In this document: piece by piece, positions 31,604 to 43,186 of the stretch
How positions within the stretch are numbered: the first letter of the stretch is position 1
Layout: every line of letters begins with the position of its first letter
Assembly (NCBI GenBank): GCA_965248355.1
Contig: OZ252098.1
Location: 5,344,001 to 5,408,000, forward strand
Source: Candidatus Latescibacterota bacterium
GTDB lineage: Bacteria > Latescibacterota > UBA2968 > UBA8231
Direction: 5' to 3'
Length of the DNA: 64,000 nucleotides
Made by a program: the position numbers and the translations under genes
The notes under the pieces: generated by a model
The model's database searches: none
What the model was told of the DNA's origin: nothing
What the model saw: only the letters and a program-made list of their open reading frames with translations

Positions 31604-32656
31604 ATGGCTGACGTCTCCCCCCGCCTGCGCGACTTCCTCGAGACCCACATCCCCCTGATCGAGGAGGAGCTGTTCTCCTTTCTCCCCGTGCAGGACCCCG
31701 AGGAGTACCTCTACGGCCCGATGCGCGTCTACCCGGAGCGCGGCGGCAAGCGCTCCCGGCCGGCCCTGGTGCTGCTGTCGTGCGGCGCCCTCGGCGGAGA
31801 CCTGCGCCGGGCCATGCGCACCGCCGCCGCCTTCGAGATGTTCCAGTCCTTCGCCCTGCTCCACGACGACATCGAGGACGACTCCGAGATGCGCCGCGGC
31901 GAGCCCTGCATTCACCGTCTTCACGGCGTGCCGCTGAGCATCAACGTGGGCGACGCCCTGTACGCCCAGGTCTTCGAGATGCTCGCCGCCAACGGCTCGC
32001 TCCTCGGATGCGAGATGACCCTGACCCTGATCCGGGAGATGCTCCGCGGCTCCCGGGAGACCTTCGAGGGGCAGGCCTACGACATCGGCTGGATCCGCAG
32101 CCGCACGGTCCCGGACGAGGAGGAGTTCATGACCATGCTGCGGAAGAAGACCGGCTGGTACACCGGCCGGGGACCGTGCACGGCGGGGGCCATCATCGCC
32201 GGGGCGCCGGAGTCGCAGCAGCGCGCTATCGGCGACTTCGGCGAGGCCATGGCCATCGCCTTCCAGATCCGCGACGACCTGCTGAACCTGATGTCGACGG
32301 AGGACGACGCGGCGCAGGCGCCGGGCCTGACGGCGGGGGCCTACGGCAAGGAGCGGGGCGGCGACATCGCCGAGGGCAAGCGCACCCTGATCATCATCGA
32401 CCTGCTGAGAAAGTGCGACGGCGCAGACCGCTGCCGCGTCCTCGAGATCCTGCACACCGGGCGCGACGAGACGACGCCCGAGCAGACCGAGACCGTGATC
32501 GGCATGGCCACCGAGCGCGGTTCGATCGCCTACGCCTCCGAAGTGGCGGACCGGCGCGGCCAGGAAGCCCATCAACTGCTGGAAGAGCTACCGGCGACGG
32601 AAGAGCGGGAACTGCTGCGGGAGATGCTGGAGTTCTTCGTCCACAGGGCTTACTGA
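31604..32656 (+). CDS. Polyprenyl diphosphate synthase (type I GGPP synthase-like)
   Basis: GGKRSRP, FARM FALLHDDIEDDSEMRRG, GQAYDI, KKTG, SARM FQIRDDLL and DIAEGKRT. Confidence 0.92.
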   Translation: MADVSPRLRDFLETHIPLIEEELFSFLPVQDPEEYLYGPMRVYPERGGKRSRPALVLLSCGALGGDLRRAMRTAAAFEMFQSFALLHDDIEDDSEMRRGEPCIHRLHGVPLSINVGDALYAQVFEMLAANGSLLGCEMTLTLIREMLRGSRETFEGQAYDIGWIRSRTVPDEEEFMTMLRKKTGWYTGRGPCTAGAIIAGAPESQQRAIGDFGEAMAIAFQIRDDLLNLMSTEDDAAQAPGLTAGAYGKERGGDIAEGKRTLIIIDLLRKCDGADRCRVLEILHTGRDETTPEQTETVIGMATERGSIAYASEVADRRGQEAHQLLEELPATEERELLREMLEFFVHRAY

Positions 32657-32690
32657 GCCGCGAGGCGGGCCTCCCGGCGGGGTTCCGCGC

Positions 32691-33743
32691 TCAGTCCCCC
32701 GGGTCGTACAGGTAAGCCAGCAGCAGCCGCGCGCAGTTGACGATGGCGCCGGCGTGGCAGATCTCGAGACCGTGGGTGTTGTCGCCCGGGTAGGCGATCA
32801 GGGAGGCGCGGCCGGCGGAGCCGGCGGCCCTGGCCAGGGTGGCATCGCTGGCGTAGCTGCTGAGGACGGCGGTCTGCACGCCGAAACCGAGATCCCCGGC
32901 CAGCACCGTCATGTGATCGATCATGGGCTCGTGGTAGAGCCCGGAGACATCCTTTGAGGGCAGGACCGGGTCGGCGGTGTTGGCGATCTGGTACTCCTCG
33001 GCCACGGGGGCCAGGTCGAGGGCGATGACGGTCTCGGCCGGCAACTGACCCACCGACCAGACGGCGCCGAGACCGCCGATCTCCTCCTCGGCGCTGGCCA
33101 CGAGGTAGACGTCCCGGGCCGGCGGCTCCCGGTGCAACTGGCGGGCGGCGGCCACCAGCACGGCGAGTCCCGCCCGGCAGTCGAGGTTGTAGCCGCACAG
33201 GAACTCCTCTCCCAGCCACCACGGGGTCTTCCGCCCCCGCGCCAGCACCACGCGCCGCCCCGGCCGCACGCCGTGGCGCTTCAGGCTGTCCGCATCGAGC
33301 TTCGTCTCCACGTACATCTTCTCCCACGTCAGGGCGGCGCCGGACTTCAGGGCGCCGGCCGGGCTCTCGCCCGTGACGTGCTTGGAGCCGATGGAGAGCA
33401 CGCCGGGAACGGACTCGGAGCCGAGCACCTCCACCGGGGTCTCGCCCACGGCCCAGGGGTGCAGTCCGCCCACGGGCTGAACGCGCAGACGGCCCCCGGC
33501 CTCGACGCGCTTGACGATCATGCAGATCTCGTCCTTGTGGGCGGTCACCGCCGTGGCGCTGTCGCTCCGGCGGCCCTTGAAGCGGAGGACGAGGCTGCCG
33601 GCGGCGTCCTGACGGATCCCTTCGGCGCAGAAGGCCAGCATCTCGAGCAGCAGAGCATCGACCTCCCCTTCGACCCCGGAGGGTCCGTGGGCTACCAGCA
33701 GGCGTTCCAGGTCGGCGACCAGGAGGGAGCGGTCGACGTTCAC
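32691..33743 (-). CDS. M42 family metallopeptidase/hydrolase
   Basis: GPSGVE, AHKDEI, LDCRAG, EEEIGGLGA, LDLA, SDA and NTHGLE. Confidence 0.88.
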   Translation of the reverse strand: MNVDRSLLVADLERLLVAHGPSGVEGEVDALLLEMLAFCAEGIRQDAAGSLVLRFKGRRSDSATAVTAHKDEICMIVKRVEAGGRLRVQPVGGLHPWAVGETPVEVLGSESVPGVLSIGSKHVTGESPAGALKSGAALTWEKMYVETKLDADSLKRHGVRPGRRVVLARGRKTPWWLGEEFLCGYNLDCRAGLAVLVAAARQLHREPPARDVYLVASAEEEIGGLGAVWSVGQLPAETVIALDLAPVAEEYQIANTADPVLPSKDVSGLYHEPMIDHMTVLAGDLGFGVQTAVLSSYASDATLARAAGSAGRASLIAYPGDNTHGLEICHAGAIVNCARLLLAYLYDPGD

Positions 33744-33762
33744 GGCGGGTCCTTTCGCCGGC

Positions 33763-34401
33763 TCAGTTTCCCATGGCGGCGGCTGCCGGCATCAGCTCGC
33801 CGAGGAATTCGTCGGCCAGGGAGCGCAGACGCTTCTGCAGGCGCAGGCGGCCCCGGTTGACCCGGGACTTCACCGTGCCCACCGGGCAGTCGATGATCTT
33901 GGCGATCTCCTCGTAGGACAAGCCGTCGAGATCGCGCAACTCCACCGCTTCCCGGAACTCCACCGGCAACTCCTCGATGGCGCGGGTGACCGAGGAATGC
34001 ACCTTGCGCGCATCCGTATATTCGCCAGGAAGCGGGTCGGAGTCCACCGGCTCGAAGCAGGAGATACGCTCCTCCTCCTCCGGGGGGGGACCGATGGGGA
34101 CCCAGTGCCAGCGCTTGCGCCGGCGCAGCTCGGTCTTGGCCAGGTTCCCGGCGATGGTGTAGAGCCAGGTCGAGACCTGCTCGATGGCGGGGTACTGGTG
34201 CTTGTGGCGCAGGCAGCGCAGGAAAGTCTCCTGCACGATGTCCTCGGCGGTCTCGCGGTCGCCCACGAAGCGATAGGCGAAGCTGTACAGGGGCGCGCGG
34301 TAGCGCCGCACGAGGACGGCGAGCTTGTTCGTGTCGTGGGCGGCCTGCCGCAGGACGTTGCGATCGGAGTGCGCTTGGGTGGCATCCATGACTGCCTCCA
34401 T
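33763..34401 (-). CDS. ECF RNA polymerase sigma factor (RpoE/SigW-like)
   Basis: Start ATG 34401 or 34389. AEDIVQETFLR, STWLYTIAGN and LSYEEIAKIIDCPVGTVKSRVNRGR. Confidence 0.93.
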   Translation of the reverse strand: MEAVMDATQAHSDRNVLRQAAHDTNKLAVLVRRYRAPLYSFAYRFVGDRETAEDIVQETFLRCLRHKHQYPAIEQVSTWLYTIAGNLAKTELRRRKRWHWVPIGPPPEEEERISCFEPVDSDPLPGEYTDARKVHSSVTRAIEELPVEFREAVELRDLDGLSYEEIAKIIDCPVGTVKSRVNRGRLRLQKRLRSLADEFLGELMPAAAAMGN

Positions 34402-34440
34402 CTCTTGCGAGGGCTTGGCTGTAGGTCTCGTGGTCTGGAA

Positions 34441-34457
34441 CGCAATCTGCGTGCCAG
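34441..34457 (-). promoter_or_regulatory. Sigma-54 (-24/-12) promoter of the ECF sigma gene
   Basis: Minus strand reads CTGGCAC-GCAGA-TTGCG, an exact TGGCAC-N5-TTGC consensus about 40 nt upstream of the start codon. Confidence 0.85.
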
Positions 34458-34519
34458 ACCATGAATATTCTCGCAACCACCTGTTTACAATGATGTTGTG
34501 GAGTATTCCCCCGATCCTG

Positions 34520-34581
34520 TCCGAGACTCTGAGGACCGGCTGGCGGCTCAGGATTCTGAGGATTCGCTCCAGAGTTCTGAG
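34520..34581. promoter_or_regulatory. Three related 14-bp sites, candidate enhancer-binding-protein UAS
   Basis: TCCGAGACTCTGAG (34520-34533), CTCAGGATTCTGAG (34547-34560; inverted CTCAG/CTGAG) and TCCAGAGTTCTGAG (34568-34581), about 90-150 bp upstream of the sigma-54 start site. Confidence 0.55.
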
Positions 34582-34593
34582 CCTTGGGCGGCT

Positions 34594-34623
34594 TTGACCC
34601 GCTTCGGATGCGGCCCTTAGATT
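34594..34623 (+). promoter_or_regulatory. Sigma-70-type promoter for the SEC-C/rmlC/PRTase genes
   Basis: TTGACC, 18 nt, TAGATT. Confidence 0.5.
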
Positions 34624-34648
34624 CGGCGCCATCCCAGCGGAAAGAAGA

Positions 34649-35263
34649 ATGGACGCGGACGTCACCCGGACCCTCCAGAAGTTCTGCGAGACCAACGACC
34701 TCCGGCGGCTCGAGGCGGAGGAGATCCTGGAGTTGCTGGCCGACGGGGAGGATCCCGAGTGGATCGCCTCCCAGGCGGCTCAGGACCGGCCCGGGTCGGC
34801 GGAGCCCCTCGCCGCCCTGCTCGAGGAACTGGCTCCTCAAGTGCGGCCGGCCCCGGTCGAAGAGGCGGAGCCGGAGATAGCGGCCGAGAGTCCCGGGATC
34901 GACATCGAGTCGAGGCTGGGCGCCCTCGGTCAAGCCCTGCCCCCCGGGGTCGATGCCGGGCAGCTGCGGCAGGTGCTGGACTCGCCGCAGGGCGGGCTGA
35001 TGGCCGACTTCGGTCTGTTCTGCCAGGAGCGCGGTTACGAGTCTCCCGGGGAGGAGGAGCTGCAACGGATCCACGAAGAATGGCTGCAGACCCCGCGGGA
35101 CAGCCTCGGCGGCCGGCGCCCGGCGGAGATGCTGCAGGGAGGGCGGCTGCTGCCGGAGAGGGTGGTCACCTTCCGCCGCCAGCAGCCGAAGGTGGGGCGC
35201 AACGACCCCTGTCCGTGCGGCAGCGGCAGGAAGCACAAGAAGTGCTGCGGGCGAGGAGGCTGA
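34649..35263 (+). CDS. SEC-C motif domain protein
   Basis: C-terminal [21 protein letters not shown]; also W..TP...LGGRRP. Confidence 0.85.
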   Translation: MDADVTRTLQKFCETNDLRRLEAEEILELLADGEDPEWIASQAAQDRPGSAEPLAALLEELAPQVRPAPVEEAEPEIAAESPGIDIESRLGALGQALPPGVDAGQLRQVLDSPQGGLMADFGLFCQERGYESPGEEELQRIHEEWLQTPRDSLGGRRPAEMLQGGRLLPERVVTFRRQQPKVGRNDPCPCGSGRKHKKCCGRGG

Positions 35264-35267
35264 GGGA

Positions 35268-35807
35268 TTGGAGCGGAAGGAGGGCCGGATCGCCGGCGTC
35301 TTCACCCTGGAGCTGGACGTGTTCGGCGACCACCGCGGGAGGTTCGCCGAGATCTTCCGCCGCGAGTGGTTCCCCGGGCGCGCCTGGGATCGGTTTCAGG
35401 TCAACCGCTCCCACTCGGTGCCCGGCGTCCTGCGCGGCCTGCACTTCCACCACCTCCAGGCCGACTGCTGGCACTGCGTGGCCGGGTCGTTGCGCGTAGG
35501 TCTGTACGACCTGCGGCGGAGATCCCCGACCCGCGGCGTGGGGGAGGTCCTGCAACTCGACGGCGAGTCCTTCCGGTCTCTCTTCATCCCGCCGGGAGTG
35601 GCACACGGCTATCACACCCTCACCGAGGCGACCTTCCTGTACGTGGTCGACCAGTACTACACGGGAGGGGACGAGCGCGGCCTGGCCTGGGACGATCCGG
35701 AGGTCGGCCTCGACTGGGGCGTCAAGCCCGGCACGAGCCCCTCGATCTCCGAGCGGGACGCCGCCAACCCCCGGCTGTGCGAGCTCGGAGAGGCCGACCT
35801 GCCCTGA
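35268..35807 (+). CDS. rmlC: dTDP-4-dehydrorhamnose 3,5-epimerase
   Basis: FGDHRGRFAE, QVNRSHS..GVLRGLHFH, DLRRRSPT, LFIPPGVAHGY and WDDP. Confidence 0.9.
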   Translation: MERKEGRIAGVFTLELDVFGDHRGRFAEIFRREWFPGRAWDRFQVNRSHSVPGVLRGLHFHHLQADCWHCVAGSLRVGLYDLRRRSPTRGVGEVLQLDGESFRSLFIPPGVAHGYHTLTEATFLYVVDQYYTGGDERGLAWDDPEVGLDWGVKPGTSPSISERDAANPRLCELGEADLP

Positions 35808-36661
35808 TGGTCCTGCTCGAGTCCCTCGTGCGCTCCGGAGCGTTGCGCATCGCGCCTCCGGGGCAGGTGTTCTGGTACACCTCCGGCACGGTGGGGCCCT
35901 ACTACATCAACACCCACTACCTCTTTGGCGGCCCCGAAGGCGCCGGGGAGCTGCTCGCCTTCATCGATGCCGAGTCGAGGTTCGCCGATTTCCACGCACG
36001 CCTGGTGGAGCGCGTCTCGGCGCAGCTGGCATCGGACCGGGACTATGCCGCCGTGATCGACGCCCTGGTCGCCTCGATCGGCAGGCGTGAGCCGGCGGGC
36101 GGGGTCGACTGGATCTCGGGAGGAGAGCGCCGCGACTGGTTCTTCTCCGCCGCCGTCGCCCTGAGGACGGGGCGTCCGCACCTCTACCTCTACAAGGACG
36201 GAGCCGCCCTGCGGCCGGAGGGGGATGTCCTGAAGGAGGCCGGCGATCTCCGTGGCCGGACCACGGCTCACGTGGCCGACCTGGTGACCGAGGCCTCCTC
36301 CTACACCCGCGCCTGGATCCCGGCGTTGCGCGGGCGGGGCGGTGAGATGGCGGTCAGCGCCAACGTCGTCGACCGCGGACAGGGGGGGGTGGAGGTGATC
36401 GCCGCGGCCGGCGTCGACGCCGGGGCCTGTCTGCGCATCGACGAGGTCATGTTCGCCGATCTGCGCCATCGCCGCCTGATCAGCGAGGTCCAGCATTCGC
36501 TGCTGGTCGACTACTTCGGCGACCCCGCCGGCGCCATGCGCCGTTTCCTCTTGGAGCACCCGGCCTTCCTCCAGGGCGCTCTGGCCTCCGGCGAGGCGCG
36601 CATCGCCGAGCGGGCCCGGCTGCTGGTGGAGCGGGATCCGTACGGGTTGAGGGACGGCTGA
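35807..36661 (+). CDS. Atypical orotate phosphoribosyltransferase-like protein
   Basis: ATG overlaps the rmlC stop. FWYTSGTVGPYYIN (compare FxLxSGxxSxYY), ISGGERRDWFFS, HVADLVTEASS and VVDR. Confidence 0.6.
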   Translation: MVLLESLVRSGALRIAPPGQVFWYTSGTVGPYYINTHYLFGGPEGAGELLAFIDAESRFADFHARLVERVSAQLASDRDYAAVIDALVASIGRREPAGGVDWISGGERRDWFFSAAVALRTGRPHLYLYKDGAALRPEGDVLKEAGDLRGRTTAHVADLVTEASSYTRAWIPALRGRGGEMAVSANVVDRGQGGVEVIAAAGVDAGACLRIDEVMFADLRHRRLISEVQHSLLVDYFGDPAGAMRRFLLEHPAFLQGALASGEARIAERARLLVERDPYGLRDG

Positions 36662-36670
36662 GGCCGCCGC

Positions 36671-39600
36671 CTATCCGGCCGCCTCGAGCATCTCCTCCAC
36701 CACCTGCACCGACACCAGCTGGGACACACCCTCCTCCGGCATGGTCACGCCGTGGAGGGCGTCGGCCGACGCCATGGACAGCTTGTTGTGCGTCACCGCG
36801 ATGAACTGGGTGGTGCGCGCGAACTCGCGCAGCACGTGCAGGAAGCGCTCGGTGTTGGTGTCGTCCAGGGGGGCGTCGACCTCGTCGAGGATGCACCAGG
36901 GGCTCGGCTTGACCTGGTAGATGGCGAAGAGCAGGGCGATCGCCGTCAGGGCGCGCTCGCCCCCGGAGAGCAGGCCGATGCTCTGCAGGCGCTTGCCCCG
37001 GGGCCGGGCGGTGATCTCGATGTTGGACTCCAGGGGATCCGCGTCGGCCTCCAGTTGCAGATCGGCCTCGCCGCCGGGAAAGAACCGGGCGAAGGTCTCG
37101 CGGAACCTCTCGCGGATCTCGGTGAAGGTCTCGCGGAAGAGGCGCCGGGCGACGCGGTCGATGTGCTGAAGGCTCTTGCGCAGGTCCTCGGCGGCGGCCT
37201 GCAGGTCGTCGCGCTGTCCGCAGAGGAAATCGTGGCGCTCCTTCTGCTCCTCGAAATCCTCCAGGACCGCCACGTCCACCGCGCCCAGCCGCCCGATGGA
37301 GCGGCGGATCTGCTCCAGCCGATGACCGGCGGCTTCAGCGTCGAAGTCGGCCTCCTCGAGGGGACCGAGACCCGCCACATCGACCTCGTATTCCTCGGTG
37401 AGCCGCTCCTGGACCCGCCGGGACTCGGCGCCCATCTCCGCGAGCCGCAGCTCCAACTGGTGCCGGCGGTCCCTCTCGGCCACCAGGTCCCGCTGCAGGC
37501 GGCGGATCTCCTCCTCGAGCCGTTGGACCCCGGCCGTCCCCTCCTGCCACTGGCGGTGGCGGTCCTGACGCTCGCCTTCCAGACGCTCCCGCTCCCCGTG
37601 GCTGGCGGCCAGTTGCGCCGTGATCTCCTTCTCTTCCTCCTCCAGCCGGGCACGGTCCCGATCGGCCTGGGTCACCTCCTTCTGCAGCCGTTCGATCGTG
37701 GTCTCGTGACTCTGGCGGACCCGTTCCAGGCGCTCGGACTCGTCCCGCAGACCCCTGGTCTGCGCCTCGATCCGAACCTTCTCCATGCGCAGGCCTCCGA
37801 GGGCCTCCTGCTGCTCGCGCCGGAAGTGCTCGGCGGCCTCGAGCCGCTCCTCCCGGGACTGGATCCGGGCCTCCAGCTCCGCCGCCTCCCCCTCGATCCG
37901 GGTCAGGCGCTCCTCTTCCAGAGGGCCGCCGTCGGCCAGCCGGCGGAGCCTCTCCGCGATCTCGGTGAGCCTTTTCTGCTGTTGCTCGCGTCGAGCCGTC
38001 AGCCGGTCCCGCTCGTCGCGGGCCGAGCGAAGCTGCAGGCGCTCCTCCCCCTCGGCCTGGCGTTCGCTCTCCAGCCGCCCGGTCAGGCTTCCCATGCGGG
38101 CCTCGAGGACGTCCCGGCGCCTCACCTCCGCTCCGGTGACCGCCTCGGCGGCGGCCAGGCGCGCCTGCCGGCGCGACAGGGCGAAGCGCAGCTCTCCGAT
38201 CTCCCGTCGCCGCCGGAGGAGGCCTTCCTCGGATGCCTCGGCGCCGCCGGCCAGGCGACCATCGGTGCCGACCCCCTCGCCGACCGCGGTCACGAGGCGC
38301 ATGGGCAAGCCGCGGTGCCGGCGGGCCAGGGCGACCGCCGTGGGCAGATCGTCCACGAGAAAGGCGTTGTGCAGAAGCCGGTTCAGCAGCGGCGCCAGGT
38401 GGTCGCCGGCCCGGACCCGCTCCACCAGGGGGCCCGAGACCCCGGCGACACCGCTCAGGTCCACCGGCGGCTCCCGGGGGCCGTCCTGCCAGGAGAGGGG
38501 GTAGATCCCCGCCCGGCCGGAGCGTCGGCGCAGGTATTCGAGGGCTTCCAGCAAACCGTCGTCACGGCGGGCCACCAGGGCCTCGAGGGCGTCGCCCAGA
38601 ACGGTTTCCACGGCGCGTTCCAGACCCGGTTCGACCGCGACCAGATCCCCGAGGACGCCTTCGAAGAGTTCGGAGCAGGGGGAATCGACCAACAGCTCGC
38701 GGACCCCGCCGGCATAGCCTTCGTACCCGGAGCGCAGCTTCTCCAGGCCCTGGACGCGGGCGCTCTCCGACTCGATCTCGCGGCGCAGCTCGGCCAGGCG
38801 GCCGATGCTCGCCGAGACGACGGCTTCGGCCACCGCCCTCCTCTGCCTGGCCTGGTCGAGAACTTCGGCGATCGCCGCGATCCGCCCCCGGCGCACCTCC
38901 AACCGGGATTCGACGGCCGCCACCGAGGTGCGCGCCCGGTCCAGGCCGCCGTCGTCCTCCTCGACCTCGGCGCGCAGGTGCGCCGCCATCTGCTCGAGGC
39001 CGTGGCCCTCCGTCCGCAGCCGGACCATGGATTCGCTGCGCTCGCTCCTCTCGCGCATCAGCTCGCGCAAACGGCGGTTCTCGCCTTCCAGTCCAGACCG
39101 GATCGACTCGTAGTCCGCGAAGGCTGCAGAGGTCTTGTCCTCCTGCGATCGCAACCGGTCCGCCACGCCCGCCGCCTTGGCCTCGGTCCGCTCGAGATTC
39201 GACCGGGTCTCCTCGAGCTGGCCGGCGGTCTCGCGCAGCTGGGTGCGCGAGTCCTCCCGCAGGCCCGAGGCGCGCTCCATGGACCGCTCCTGGGCCTGGC
39301 GCCGCTCCCGCGACGAGACCAGCCGGGTGTCGAGGGTGTGGATCTCCTCCTGACATCTGGACAGGCGAAGGCCCGCCTCCTGCAGGGCGCCCTCGGACTC
39401 GGTGAAGGCGAGGCGCTGCGTCTCCAGCTCGGCCTCGAGGGCCGTGAACCTGGTCAGTCCCGCCTCAACCGTCCTGGACAGCTCGTCGAACTCCTGCTGC
39501 AGGGGCTGCAGCCGCTCCTGCAGGGAGAAGAACTGGTGCCGGCCGAAGCGCACGTCGAGGTCGTCGAGCTCGGACCTCAACTCCTGGTAGCGTCGGGCCC

Positions 39601-40231
39601 GGCCCACCTGGCGGCCGAGGAGGTCGACGTTCCGCTTGATCTCGCCGATGCGATCCTCGAGGCGCAACAGGTCCGCCCGGGTCGACTCGAGCTTGTTCCA
39701 GGTCGACCGCCTGCGGGCCTTGTACTTGGTGATCCCCGCCGCTTCCTCGAGGAGGCGGCGGCGGTTCTCGGTCTTGTCGCTGATGATCTCGTCGACCATC
39801 CCCTGCTCCATCACCGAGTAGGCCCCCGGACCCAGTCCCGTATCCATCAGCAGGTTCTGGATGTCGAGGAGCCGGCACGGAACCTTGTTCAGCAGATAGT
39901 CGCTGTCGCCGGAGCGGAACAGGCGGCGGGTGATGGTCACCTCCGTGTAGTCGATGGCCAGTCCCTGCTCGGTGTTGTCGATGGTCAGCGATACCTCGCA
40001 CATGCCCAGAGGCTTGCGGCTGCGGGTGCCGGCGAAGATCACGTCCTCCATGCGGTGGCCGCGAACGGCGCCGGCGCGCTGCTCGCCGAGGACCCACCGG
40101 ATCGCTTCCACGATGTTGGACTTGCCGCAGCCATTGGGCCCGACGATACCCGTGATCCCGGAACCGAAGGGGATCTCCGTCTTGTTGAGGAAGGACTTGA
40201 AGCCGAAGACGTCGAGATGGGTCAGACGCAA
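36671..40231 (-). CDS. smc: Chromosome segregation protein SMC
   Basis: GFKSF, GPNGCGKSN, long coiled coils with hinge, LSGGE and ILDEVDAPLD; 1186 aa. Confidence 0.97.
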   Translation of the reverse strand: MRLTHLDVFGFKSFLNKTEIPFGSGITGIVGPNGCGKSNIVEAIRWVLGEQRAGAVRGHRMEDVIFAGTRSRKPLGMCEVSLTIDNTEQGLAIDYTEVTITRRLFRSGDSDYLLNKVPCRLLDIQNLLMDTGLGPGAYSVMEQGMVDEIISDKTENRRRLLEEAAGITKYKARRRSTWNKLESTRADLLRLEDRIGEIKRNVDLLGRQVGRARRYQELRSELDDLDVRFGRHQFFSLQERLQPLQQEFDELSRTVEAGLTRFTALEAELETQRLAFTESEGALQEAGLRLSRCQEEIHTLDTRLVSSRERRQAQERSMERASGLREDSRTQLRETAGQLEETRSNLERTEAKAAGVADRLRSQEDKTSAAFADYESIRSGLEGENRRLRELMRERSERSESMVRLRTEGHGLEQMAAHLRAEVEEDDGGLDRARTSVAAVESRLEVRRGRIAAIAEVLDQARQRRAVAEAVVSASIGRLAELRREIESESARVQGLEKLRSGYEGYAGGVRELLVDSPCSELFEGVLGDLVAVEPGLERAVETVLGDALEALVARRDDGLLEALEYLRRRSGRAGIYPLSWQDGPREPPVDLSGVAGVSGPLVERVRAGDHLAPLLNRLLHNAFLVDDLPTAVALARRHRGLPMRLVTAVGEGVGTDGRLAGGAEASEEGLLRRRREIGELRFALSRRQARLAAAEAVTGAEVRRRDVLEARMGSLTGRLESERQAEGEERLQLRSARDERDRLTARREQQQKRLTEIAERLRRLADGGPLEEERLTRIEGEAAELEARIQSREERLEAAEHFRREQQEALGGLRMEKVRIEAQTRGLRDESERLERVRQSHETTIERLQKEVTQADRDRARLEEEEKEITAQLAASHGERERLEGERQDRHRQWQEGTAGVQRLEEEIRRLQRDLVAERDRRHQLELRLAEMGAESRRVQERLTEEYEVDVAGLGPLEEADFDAEAAGHRLEQIRRSIGRLGAVDVAVLEDFEEQKERHDFLCGQRDDLQAAAEDLRKSLQHIDRVARRLFRETFTEIRERFRETFARFFPGGEADLQLEADADPLESNIEITARPRGKRLQSIGLLSGGERALTAIALLFAIYQVKPSPWCILDEVDAPLDDTNTERFLHVLREFARTTQFIAVTHNKLSMASADALHGVTMPEEGVSQLVSVQVVEEMLEAAG

Positions 40232-40322
40232 GCCGAAATCTCCTCGCCGGAGGCGCGACCGGCGGGAACGGGCGGATGCGGGGAGAGAGGCGAACCACTA
40301 CCGGGTGGGGAGCGACACAGGA

Positions 40323-40352
40323 ACGATACCATCATGTAGGTTACCCGGTCAA
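40323..40352 (-). promoter_or_regulatory. Sigma-70-type promoter for smc
   Basis: Minus strand TTGACC, 18 nt, TATCGT, with TG preceding the -10 (extended -10). Confidence 0.5.
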
Positions 40353-40386
40353 GGCGGAGACCGGCGGGCCGGGTGCCCTGGGCGCC

Positions 40387-40872
40387 TCAGAAATCGAGCG
40401 TCGAGTCGTCGGGAAGCTCGTCGTCGAGGCCCATGGAGATGGCGTGCTCGGCGGTGATCTCCCGGCGTCCGCCGAAGCCGCCGTCCACCTCGTGCCAGTA
40501 GCCGATGCCGGCTTCGCCCCGGCGCCAGCACAGGTAGACCCAGCGTCCCTCGTAGGTGGTGGGGAAATCGACGATACCCTGTTCCAGGCCCCCGGCGGGA
40601 AAGCGCAGGCCAAGGGCGAGGATGTCCTTGTGCACGATCCCCTCCACGGCCGCCGCGGCCTCCTCCATGCCGCGGCGGTGGTCGAGGAGCTCGGCGTGGT
40701 CCGGGTTGTCCGCCGATTCGACGTCGTCCCCCCAGAGGGTCTGAAGGATCTGGAGGCCTTCGTAGTGCCGGACCCAGCTCTGGCGGTGCTCGTCCAGGCG
40801 GGCGAAGACCGACTCCAGCCAGGGGATCATGCCCTTGGCCTGGTCGATGGTGAAGGGGCGGTGGGAAGCCAT
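40387..40872 (-). CDS. DUF2203 domain protein
   Basis: FTIDQA...IP, GIVDFP, VYLCWRRGE and YWHEVDGGFGGRR. Confidence 0.85.
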   Translation of the reverse strand: MASHRPFTIDQAKGMIPWLESVFARLDEHRQSWVRHYEGLQILQTLWGDDVESADNPDHAELLDHRRGMEEAAAAVEGIVHKDILALGLRFPAGGLEQGIVDFPTTYEGRWVYLCWRRGEAGIGYWHEVDGGFGGRREITAEHAISMGLDDELPDDSTLDF

Positions 40873-41018
40873 GTCGTTACAGGAAGATATGCAGAGTGGC
40901 CTGCCGCGGGTGGCGGAAGGGCCTTCGATGTGGAATTCTTGCGCAGCATGGGGGGCGGCGTCATATTTGCTCGGCGCCCGGGCTCGCCCCCGGGCCTTCT
41001 TCGTTGAGGCTCTCCGTA

Positions 41019-43140
<2,122 letters not shown>

Positions 43141-43186
43141 GGCCCCGCTCTCGCCCGATATCGCCGGACCGCGCCTCGCCGGCGCC

